Positions 50,126-58,718 of a DNA stretch of 64,000 bases are shown here, piece after piece (position 1 is the first letter of the stretch; each line of letters starts with the position of its first letter). Source of the stretch: Sphingobacteriia bacterium (GTDB lineage: Bacteria > Bacteroidota > Bacteroidia > Bacteroidales > UBA7960); contig JAABSE010000001.1 of NCBI GenBank assembly GCA_011390575.1, positions 42,328 through 106,327 on the forward strand, given 5' to 3'. The notes beneath the pieces are model-generated. The model saw only the letters and a program-made list of their open reading frames with translations. It ran no database searches and had not been told where the DNA came from. The translations under genes and the position numbers were made by a program.

Positions 50126-50680
50126 ATGAAAACCGAAGAACCTGATTTTACAGATCCGCGCGCATTGCGCCAGCAGGCCGAGAAATTGCTTCAGCAAAAA
50201 ATGGAAAAAGCCATGCAGGAGGAGAAAAATGAAGCCGATGCCCAAAAGCTTTTACATGAATTACAGGTGCACCAGATAGAACTCGAAATGCAGAATGAGG
50301 AACTCCTTAAGGCTTATGAGACAGCAGAAGCCGCATTAAAGAAGTTTACCATTGTTTTCGACCAGGCACCCATGGGGTTTATTACCCTGGAAAGCGACGG
50401 TACGATTGCTGAATTGAACTTTGCTGCTGCAGAGATGCTTGGCGACCGGCGTTTTAGCCTTATGGGAAGCAATTTTAAGCTGTATATTGAAGACGAATCC
50501 AAAACTGCCTTTTCCGATTTTTTCAAAAAAACATACGCCACCCACCAGAAGCAATCATGCAATATATTGCTGGGTAACGACACAGAGTCTAATCATCAGA
50601 TATATATAGAAGGAATTGTAATTGAGAATGACGACAGATGCATGTTGTCTTTAGTGGATGTGACTAGTTTTACAGAATAA
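50126..50680 (+). CDS. Stand-alone coiled coil-PAS protein
   Basis: LQVHQIELEMQNEEL then PAS; homologous to the N-terminus of the kinase at 26790. Confidence 0.85.
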   Translation: MKTEEPDFTDPRALRQQAEKLLQQKMEKAMQEEKNEADAQKLLHELQVHQIELEMQNEELLKAYETAEAALKKFTIVFDQAPMGFITLESDGTIAELNFAAAEMLGDRRFSLMGSNFKLYIEDESKTAFSDFFKKTYATHQKQSCNILLGNDTESNHQIYIEGIVIENDDRCMLSLVDVTSFTE

Positions 50681-50692
50681 TTGGAAATAAAA

Positions 50693-50812
50693 AGTGCAGC
50701 CTTAAAACTACCTTCTGGTCGTCGTTGAGCTTGTCGAAAAGATATCTGCATATCAGGCTATAATATGCTTCGACAGGCTCAGCACCCGGGTAATATGTTT
50801 TAAGGCAGCACT
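50693..50812. repeat. 120-bp nested inverted-repeat (MITE-like) element
   Basis: AGTGCAGCCTTAAAAC...GTTTTAAGGCAGCACT enclosing GTTGAGCTTGTCGAA...TTCGACAGGCTCAGC. Confidence 0.75.
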
Positions 50813-50856
50813 CATGCTTATTCAAAGCCCTCTTCTAAGCGAATCAGAGCTGCAAT

Positions 50857-51525
50857 CTAAAACCGGTATCCTAATGAAAGTCCGAATCCGGTATTCATGA
50901 GGGATAATTCATTCTCCGGCAACCTGTTGTCTTCAGGATTTATCTTCAGCAGGCCCAGCTGCGCGTTGAGCTGGAAGAATAATCCGCTGGCCATTTCATA
51001 ACCCGCAAAAATATTTCCCCCTACATCAAGTGGTTTAAAATACGTTTCTGTTAAAGGGTCGCCTGCATCAACCGTATTGGTGAATTCAATATCACTCTCA
51101 TAGGATACCGAACCCCCTTCATGTTTTGCCTTACCCATGATTCCATAACCTACATAGGGGCCAAAACCAACCAGAACATATCCCTGGCCGAGCAAACCTT
51201 TATAAACAAAATTTAGTGGTAGTTCAAGATACGAAAGGTTATAAGTGCTTGTGATGGGGCCGGTGGTGGTTTTCGCTCCTTTGGTGGAGAAAAGCAAGCC
51301 GGGTTGAAAATAGAATTCAGGGGCTATGGGTATCTGTACGTTGGCTCCGATATGATAACCGACGATCATGTCATTGTCTAGTTGATCTCCATCCATATCT
51401 TTTCCATTCAGATTTTGGAAATTAACACCTCCTAAAAGGCCAAAAGCAGGCCCTGTAGTTTGAGCAAAGGTAAATGTTGCTGAAAGCAAGAGCATTATAG
51501 CAATAGATGTTATTTTGAATTTCAT
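50857..51525 (-). CDS. Outer-membrane beta-barrel (porin-family) protein
   Basis: Signal peptide; FQPGLLFSTKG, YLELPL, GFGPY, GLSLGYRF. Confidence 0.85.
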   Translation of the reverse strand: MKFKITSIAIMLLLSATFTFAQTTGPAFGLLGGVNFQNLNGKDMDGDQLDNDMIVGYHIGANVQIPIAPEFYFQPGLLFSTKGAKTTTGPITSTYNLSYLELPLNFVYKGLLGQGYVLVGFGPYVGYGIMGKAKHEGGSVSYESDIEFTNTVDAGDPLTETYFKPLDVGGNIFAGYEMASGLFFQLNAQLGLLKINPEDNRLPENELSLMNTGFGLSLGYRF

Positions 51526-51557
51526 GTTTGTTTTTTTTATAGTTATAATGAATAGAA

Positions 51558-52229
51558 TTATTTGGCAGCTTCCTTTTCAGCCTCAGCTTTCATTTTTTCG
51601 TTGGCAGTAATCAGAAACTCGACTCTGCGGTTCTGTCGGCGGCCTTCGGCTGAACTGTTATCATATCTGGGTGTATTCTCACCAAAACCTCTCACGGTAA
51701 GTCGTAAACTGGAAATGCCTTTTTGTGAAAGGTAATTGGATACGGCACCGGCGCGTTGAATAGAAAGATTCTGGTTGTAGGCTTCAGATCCTCTGCTATC
51801 GGTGTGTCCCTGTATTTCAATATCTGTTTCATCATAGCTGTTCAGAACCAAAACCAGCTTGTCAAGGTTAGTTTTCGCCTCATCAGACAACCCAGACTGG
51901 TCAAAACCAAACAGAATGTTGCTGTTAAACTCCACAACAATACCTTCGCCAACCCGCTCTACCCTTGCATCGGGTACATTTCTCTGGATTTCTTCAGCCT
52001 GCTTATCCATTTCATTGCCTATTACAGCACCTGCGGCACCTCCAACGGTAGCCCCTATGATTGCACCCAGGGCCGTGTTACCTGATGCTCTTCCTATTAC
52101 GGCACCTGCTGCTCCGCCTGTGGCGGTTCCTGCAGCAGCACCTTTCTGGGTTTTGTTCCAGGAAGCGCAGCCCGCAAAAAGAATTGCTGCAACGAATGCC
52201 ATTATTAAACTTAATTTGATTTTTTCCAT
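51558..52229 (-). CDS. OmpA-family lipoprotein with glycine zipper (YiaD-like)
   Basis: FAGC lipobox, Gly-zipper, GHTDSRG...NQNLSIQRA, NRRVE. Confidence 0.92.
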   Translation of the reverse strand: MEKIKLSLIMAFVAAILFAGCASWNKTQKGAAAGTATGGAAGAVIGRASGNTALGAIIGATVGGAAGAVIGNEMDKQAEEIQRNVPDARVERVGEGIVVEFNSNILFGFDQSGLSDEAKTNLDKLVLVLNSYDETDIEIQGHTDSRGSEAYNQNLSIQRAGAVSNYLSQKGISSLRLTVRGFGENTPRYDNSSAEGRRQNRRVEFLITANEKMKAEAEKEAAK

Positions 52230-52433
52230 TATTATAAATTTTAAATGTAAGGCCGGATGCAATCCGCAAGATGAATAAGCATCCGTGTTTTGTTAACGAA
52301 TCATGCTCGCTGTATTATGTATCGATGGTTAAGATTAGATAGATTTAGAACATCAGCCATGGGCAATACAAAATATCTTTGTATTGCTTCCATGGCATGA
52401 TTTTTAGTCATTATCAAAAAAGAATTCAACAAT

Positions 52434-52499
52434 CAAAATTACTTCCCTCTTAGCCGGAAAGTGTTACATCTATTATTAAATAAGTTGCATGATTCCCAC
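52434..52499 (-). promoter_or_regulatory. Island promoter module, site 8 (minus strand, facing ompA)
   Basis: Reverse complement GTGGGAATCATGCAA; TGCAA 52489, TGTAA 52468, TAATTTTG 52441. Confidence 0.75.
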
Positions 52500-52556
52500 A
52501 TGGAGGGGGCATGATTGTCTGCTGGAGGGTTCGATTGTAAAGGGGCATCTTGCAAA

Positions 52557-53368
52557 AGATAAGATTCTGCAAATTAATTGACTGAAAGGAAGGGCAATGA
52601 ACAAAATCCTCAACTTATTCAATTCTTTTTATTCTGCATTGCCTTTATCTATTGCCATCAGTTTTAACTCATAGAGCTGGAAGCTAAAAAAATCAGGGGG
52701 CATTAGTTGTTTTAATTATGAGATTGCATCCTTCCAACTGATTATCTTCTCCATATAATCCCAATGCACTGCCCTTATCTATTGCCGATCTAGAGCAAGG
52801 GGCTTCAGCCTCATTCTCCTGAAATCATTGAATGGCTTTCCTGCTATGGGGCTAAAGCCCCCTTAAACTTTGGCAACAACTTATCCGTTCCGTTTAGCGG
52901 AACGGCAATAGACAAGAGTCTACCTATTGATTGCCATCAGTTTTAACTCATGGAGCAGGAAGCTAAAAAGATCTGGGGGCTATGATTTAATTATGAGATT
53001 GCATCCTTCCAACTGATTATCCTCTCCATATAATCCCAATGCACTGCCCTTATCTATTGCCGTCAGTTTTAACTGACGGACAGAAGATGCTAAAAAGATT
53101 AAGGGGCTTCAGCCCCATTCTCCTGAAATTATTGAATAAATTGAATGCAATGGGGCTGAAGCCCCCTTAATTATTGCATAATGTAATCCGTTGGCTGAAG
53201 CCAACGGCAATAGATAAGAGTCTGCAAGCTAATTGACTGAAAGAAAGGGAAATGGACAGAATACTATACTAATTCAGTCCTTTAAATAATGCACTGCCCT
53301 TATCTATTGCCGTCAGTTTTAACTGACGGATCTGAGGTGCTCAAAAGTTCAGGGGGGCTTTAGCCCCA
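52557..53368. repeat. REP/BIME-like array 3, left of transposase
   Basis: Alternately oriented GGGGCTRAAGCCCC and CCGT..ACGG-CAATAGATAAG units with shared linkers; more degenerate distally. Confidence 0.9.
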
Positions 53369-53427
53369 ATAACAAATTATGATTAATTTTAAGAATTGAA
53401 TATCTGTGTAACTAAAAAATCTGAAAA

Positions 53428-53865
53428 ATGAGTTGGGTAAGAGTTTATATTCACTATGTCTTTGCCACAAAAAACAGAACTCCTTTTTTGTCTTCCAGAG
53501 AGCTTAGATTCAAGGTTTTTGAACATATAAAACTAAATGCTAAGGAGAAAGGAATATGGTTGGATTGTGTTAATGGATACCATGATCATATCCATTGTCT
53601 GGTTTCCCTGGGAACAACACAAACAATAAGTGATATAGCAAGACTTATAAAAGGGGAGTCTTCATTTTGGATCAATAAAAATAAACTGACCAAAGAAAAA
53701 TTCAGCTGGCAGGATGATTATTGGGCAGTGGGAGTAAGTGAAAGTCATTTGGATGAAGTTAGAAATTATATTCACTCACAGGAAGAAAAACACAGGGAGG
53801 TCCCTTTCTCTGAAGAAATAGATGTGTTTATGAAAAAGGGCGGATGGAAAATAATTAAGGGTTAA
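53428..53865 (+). mobile_element. tnpA: IS200/IS605-family Y1 HUH transposase flanked by REP arrays (RAYT-like)
   Basis: HYVFATKNR, DHIH (HUH), KGESSFWIN, WQDDY, NYIHSQ (catalytic Tyr); no tnpB. Confidence 0.9.
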
Positions 53866-53871
53866 TTTAAT

Positions 53872-54339
53872 GGGGCTAAAGCCCCCTTAAAATCAGGAGC
53901 TACAAGTCCGTTGGCTGAAGCCAACGGCAATGGATAAGATTCTGCAAATTAATTGACTGAAAGAAAGGGAAATGGACAGAATACTATACTAATTCAGTCC
54001 TTAATATGATGCACTGCCCTTATCTATTGCCGTCAGTTTCAACTGACGGACAGAAGATGCTTAGAAGTTCAGGGGGCTTCAGCCCCATTCTCTTTAAGAA
54101 TCATTGAATATACTGATTGCAATGGGGCTGAAGCCCCTTTAAAATCAGGAGCTACAAGTCCGTTGGCTGAAGCCAACGGCAATGGATAAGATTCTGCAAA
54201 TTAATTGACTGGAAGAAAGGGAAATGGACAGAATACTATACTAATTCAGTTCTTAATATAATGCACTGCCCTTATCTATTGCCGTCAGTTTTAACTGACG
54301 GTTCTGAGATGCTCAAAAGATCTAGGGGCTTCAGCCCCA
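53872..54339. repeat. REP/BIME-like array 3, right of transposase
   Basis: Two near-identical doublets with 252-bp period (53872, 54124). Confidence 0.92.
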
Positions 54340-54352
54340 TTATTTGAAAGAA

Positions 54353-55369
54353 TCAGGAAGCAATATCTGCATTCTGCAAAATCCCTGCCTTTTCCGGGTG
54401 GGATGCAAGGGCGCCTTCGACCCTGGTGAGTGTAATCTTTTGTTCATTTTGCACTACCCTTACCTGTGCACAATGGCTAAGATGAATTACCTCAAACGGA
54501 AGTGAGGGGTCAAATTCAAAAGCAGCGCGAAACACCGAGTTGCACTCCATGACTCCTTCGGGTGAATAGCGCGTGATGTGGAAGTAATCATCCTGCTTTT
54601 GGGTAATATGAAACCACGAACCGGCACCTTCTCCGGATATCCACCGGGCGTCTGAGGGGATTTTGTGGCTAATCTTAAAAGCCGGCAACGTGCGCTGCAA
54701 ATCACCCTTAGATGGCTTTTTGTCAGGCGAAAACAATGGCCATGGCTGATGGCCGTTTATCCTTGTTTTGACCGCTAAAGCTTTTACATTGCTGATAGGA
54801 GTGGGGGTAAGGGGAACATTGTAGCGAAGAAGCATTGTATGCTTCAGGTTGGGCTTACCTGCAAGTATCACTGTTTGCACAAAGCGGGAACAGTTGGTGC
54901 CTTTGTGTACAAAAGGACCATAGGGCCACGGACTGTCGGCCTGCATACTTGTAGCTTTGTTGTATGCCTGCTGAAAATCAACCTCAGTGTAAGAGCCATG
55001 TAAATCTTCATTGCCATGGCAGGCCTGGTTTTGGTGAAGAAAACCAAGGATTTCGTCAAAATTCAGAATATTTTTACCATCCGCTGATATGCGGGCTTTA
55101 ATGTTGATGGTCAGGTCATGGTCTGTGAAAGCACTTCTTACCCTGCCGTATTTTACAGGTGCATGATATCGTCCGAAGTCGAAATAATGGCATTGGCCGC
55201 TCTCCTTATCAATAAGCACCAATGCGGCATGTCCCACCCGATAATAGTGGTTTTTGCTAAATCCCAATGCAACCATAAGGCCATCATACCAGGCGTTGGA
55301 CTGCTTGCACCAGGTCCTGGGCCAGGCAAGGGCTATGGCAAAACCGGTATATTTATTTCTGGTATTCAT
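54353..55369 (-). CDS. Hypothetical protein with permuted papain/NlpC-P60-like motifs
   Basis: VGHAAL...YFDFGRY...TNCSRFV (His before Cys); ATG overlaps the end of the decarboxylase gene. Confidence 0.65.
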   Translation of the reverse strand: MNTRNKYTGFAIALAWPRTWCKQSNAWYDGLMVALGFSKNHYYRVGHAALVLIDKESGQCHYFDFGRYHAPVKYGRVRSAFTDHDLTINIKARISADGKNILNFDEILGFLHQNQACHGNEDLHGSYTEVDFQQAYNKATSMQADSPWPYGPFVHKGTNCSRFVQTVILAGKPNLKHTMLLRYNVPLTPTPISNVKALAVKTRINGHQPWPLFSPDKKPSKGDLQRTLPAFKISHKIPSDARWISGEGAGSWFHITQKQDDYFHITRYSPEGVMECNSVFRAAFEFDPSLPFEVIHLSHCAQVRVVQNEQKITLTRVEGALASHPEKAGILQNADIAS

Positions 55370-56786
55370 AAACTTCAGCAGCAAATTGGTTTTCAAATAG
55401 ATGGGCTGTACTTAACAGATTGTCAAAAAACTGCTCTATATCTGTTTTCGTAAGTTCTCCATTGGATGTTACCAGGCGGATGGTGAGTTCTTTTCCGATA
55501 AAGCCGAAATTCACCATGGACTGTCCTGATTTACGAAGATTCTCGCGCAAGGCGAGATTAAACTCATTGAGGTCGGTTTCGAACTCAGGCACATATCTAA
55601 AGCATACATTGAACGATTGCCTGGGGGCCATCAATTCAAGCCTGGGATGCTCTTTTACAATTTCTTCAGCATAAGCCGACATATCCAACAGATTTTCTAT
55701 GCGTTTTGCATATCCTTGCTTGCCATAGTATTTCCAGGCAAACCAGAGTTTAACAGCATCAACATGGCGACCACACTGGATGGACTTTTTGCCCGGGTCT
55801 TCAATATCTTCTAAATCGTGGTAAATATAATCGGTATTTATATCCGTTAGGTTATGCTGCAATACTCCTTTGTTCTTTACCAGCAAAACCGAACAAACCA
55901 AAGGTATATTCATAAGTTTATGTGCATCCCACGAGAATGAATCGGTTCTTTCAATGCCTTTCATTTTGTCGCGGTATTTATCGCTAAGCAAAATGGAGCC
56001 ACCGAAAGCTCCATCGGCATGCAACCACAAACCATACTTTTGGGTAATATCGGCTATCTCGTCGATAGGATCATAGGCTGCCAGCAGGGTAGTTGAGCAT
56101 GTCGCTGCCACGAAAAAGGGTTTTCGGCCCATGGAAAGTGTTTTCTCAATCTCCCGTTCCAGTTCTTGTGGAAGCATTCTTCCATCTTTTCCTGCTTTTA
56201 CCTTTATTACATTGTCTGAACCAATACCCAGCAGGTTGGCAGCTGTATCGAACGAGTAATGAGATTGTTCGTTTACATAGGCCACCAGGTGCTCTTGCTG
56301 GTTATAGCCCTGAAAACGACTTTGGGGTAGAAAATTGTTCCGGGCTGAAAGCATGGCAATCAGGTTTCCGTTGCTGCCGCCCGTAAGAAAAGTGCCATCA
56401 CCATGGGTGTATCCGGCATAGCTGCTCATCAGCTTGATCATTTCCGCTTCGATTAAACTGGCGGCAGGTGCAGCTTCGTATGTGTAGAGCGAGGTATTGG
56501 TAAGCGTGGTAAGCATATCGCCGATAAATGCCGGCAGATTAAACCCCGAATAAAGCTGGTTGAAAAACTGCTTGTTGTTGGTTTTTACGGCATAGGTAAG
56601 ATAGTTATTGACCAGTTGTAAAAACTCATTTTCAGTAACCGGATCGTCTGTTATTTGTGGGCTGAGGATATTCCTTAACTGGGCGGGTTCTTTGTAGTTG
56701 ACTACTGGGGTGTTTTCTTCGTGTTCATTTTGCCGGATGTAGCTTTTAATTTTTTCAAAAGTGGAATTCAGAATTTTCTCGTTCAT
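55353..56786 (-). CDS. Group II PLP-dependent amino-acid decarboxylase (GAD/CSAD-like)
   Basis: FFNQLY, GGSNGN, HYS, WLHADGAFGG, WDAHK, SIQCGRHVD. Confidence 0.92.
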   Translation of the reverse strand: MNEKILNSTFEKIKSYIRQNEHEENTPVVNYKEPAQLRNILSPQITDDPVTENEFLQLVNNYLTYAVKTNNKQFFNQLYSGFNLPAFIGDMLTTLTNTSLYTYEAAPAASLIEAEMIKLMSSYAGYTHGDGTFLTGGSNGNLIAMLSARNNFLPQSRFQGYNQQEHLVAYVNEQSHYSFDTAANLLGIGSDNVIKVKAGKDGRMLPQELEREIEKTLSMGRKPFFVAATCSTTLLAAYDPIDEIADITQKYGLWLHADGAFGGSILLSDKYRDKMKGIERTDSFSWDAHKLMNIPLVCSVLLVKNKGVLQHNLTDINTDYIYHDLEDIEDPGKKSIQCGRHVDAVKLWFAWKYYGKQGYAKRIENLLDMSAYAEEIVKEHPRLELMAPRQSFNVCFRYVPEFETDLNEFNLALRENLRKSGQSMVNFGFIGKELTIRLVTSNGELTKTDIEQFFDNLLSTAHLFENQFAAEVYEYQK

Positions 56787-56994
56787 GTAAATTGGGTTAT
56801 CGGAAATAGATTTCTTTTTTTTGATGAATAGTCCTGCTAATTAAAACAAAATCAATAAGTAGAACTTCAAAAAAAAAGTTTATAAGTGGGTGCAAAAGTA
56901 ACCATGAATTATGGGACACTATAATTTAACCTGTTATTTTGTGATTTTTTCTGTGATTCATACAGTTGTTTTTTTTAGCAAAAATCAGCTGGAG

Positions 56995-57178
56995 CGAATG
57001 GTTAAAAGGGCAGAGAATCGTTTTAAAACTGCTCATGTGGTACCTCTTTCCAGTCTTGTTTATTCTCAACGTTGGTTGTTGTTTCAGGAAAATTACGAAA
57101 GAATAGGTTAATATCTTCTTTCTGAAGGGCCCCATTGGCAGTAACCAAACGAATAGTGAGCTCTCTGCCCAGATAATC
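56995..57178 (-). pseudogene. Relic: 3' end of a paralogous decarboxylase plus 5' end of a following gene
   Basis: YLGRELTIRLVTANGALQKEDINLFFRN matches FIGKELTIRLVTSNGELTKTDIEQFFDN; overlapping MSSFKTILCPF start at 57036. Confidence 0.7.
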
Positions 57179-57327
57179 AAATGTACAAACCTTTTGTTTC
57201 TGACAGAAATTTTTACTATTTTCAAGATTTCCTAATAAGAAAGGGTTTTTAAGAAAAGTGTCAGATAAACCAAATTTAACGACATATAAACAGGAATCCA
57301 TCCAGCTCACCTTTCAATCTAAATTTT

Positions 57328-58479
57328 ATGTTACACACTTCCTACATCGAGCTAAATAAAGACGCGTTAAACAATAACATTCAGTTTTTGAAAAAAAGAA
57401 TCGGAAGTCATGCCAGGTATTCTATGGTGGTTAAGGCCAATGCCTATGGACATGGAATTGAAGAGCTGCTCCCATTGGTTGAGGACTGCGGGGTAGATCA
57501 TTATGCCGTGTTCAGTGTAGCCGAGGCTATGCGTGCCTGGGAAATCAAAAAAGATTTTTGTGAGTTGATGATCATGGGATTTATTGACGATGACTACCTG
57601 GAGTGGGCCATTGAGAAAGATGTCTCTTTCTTTGTTTTTACACCTGAAAGGCTGCGGAAGGTTATTGAAGTGTCGAAAAAAACGAAAAAACCTGCAAGGA
57701 TTCACATTGAGCTGGAAACAGGAATGTATCGGACCGGATTTTGTGAAGACCAGCTGGAGGAAGTATCTGTTCTGCTCAAAAAACATGCTTCAAACCTTGT
57801 GCTTGAAGGTATATGTTCGCATATGGCGGGTGCCGAAAGCATTGTCAACTACCGGCGAATGCTCGAACAAATAGATGCTTTTAATAAGCTCTGCAGCTGG
57901 TTTCATGCCGAAGGATTTCAACCCCGGTATCGTCACCTGGCCTGCTCGGCAGGGGTATTGAATTATCCTGATTCGGTAATGGACATGGCACGGGTAGGAA
58001 TTGCAAGCTATGGTTTCTGGCCCAGCGAAGAGATGAAAATGATGCATCTTAAAGAGGTAGGGTTTGATGAAAACCCCCTCCAGAGGGTGCTCTCATGGAA
58101 AAGCGTTATCATGAGTGTAAACAACGTACCCAAAGGAAAATACGTGAGCTACGGAAAAAGTTTTATGACCAACAGGAAAAGCAAAATTGCTACCGTTCCT
58201 GTGGGTTATGGCTATGGTTTTAGTCGCACGCTAAGCAATAACGGACATGTGCTGGTTGATGGCAAAAGAGTAAGGGTCATTGGCAGTGTAAATATGAATA
58301 TGGCTGTGTTAGATGTTACAGATGTTGAAAATGTAAAAGTGGGAGACAGTGTGGTTCTTATTGGTGAGCAAGGGGATGAAAGTATTTCTGTGGAGTCTTT
58401 CAGCGATATGAACAACAGCATGAATTATGAACTCCTGACCCGACTGCCTCATCATATCCCCAGAAGAGAAGCACCATAA
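57328..58479 (+). CDS. alr: Alanine racemase
   Basis: VVKANAYGHG, ETGMYRTG, VSYG, VPVGYGYG, YELLTRL. Confidence 0.88.
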   Translation: MLHTSYIELNKDALNNNIQFLKKRIGSHARYSMVVKANAYGHGIEELLPLVEDCGVDHYAVFSVAEAMRAWEIKKDFCELMIMGFIDDDYLEWAIEKDVSFFVFTPERLRKVIEVSKKTKKPARIHIELETGMYRTGFCEDQLEEVSVLLKKHASNLVLEGICSHMAGAESIVNYRRMLEQIDAFNKLCSWFHAEGFQPRYRHLACSAGVLNYPDSVMDMARVGIASYGFWPSEEMKMMHLKEVGFDENPLQRVLSWKSVIMSVNNVPKGKYVSYGKSFMTNRKSKIATVPVGYGYGFSRTLSNNGHVLVDGKRVRVIGSVNMNMAVLDVTDVENVKVGDSVVLIGEQGDESISVESFSDMNNSMNYELLTRLPHHIPRREAP

Positions 58480-58718
58480 ATACCGTTCACTGGTAGTCCG
58501 TTGTCGTGAATGCTATTTGGCTGATTGTTTTTCTTTTGAGAAAGAATTTTGTCAGGATTGTATCATAACCCGACTTTTAATTAGAAACCAAAAGTAAAGC
58601 TCTGGTTCTGACATTCAGAGCAAGGCATTAATTACCGGGGCTGGCATGGTTATAACTCGGGTTATGGCAGCCTGAACAGACATGAATCGATTCAATTAAA
58701 CCCCAAAATTATTGTATT

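Noticed and set aside
56951-56965. CTGTGATTCATACAG resembling box 1
   Set aside because: No second box or -7 element at the conserved spacing
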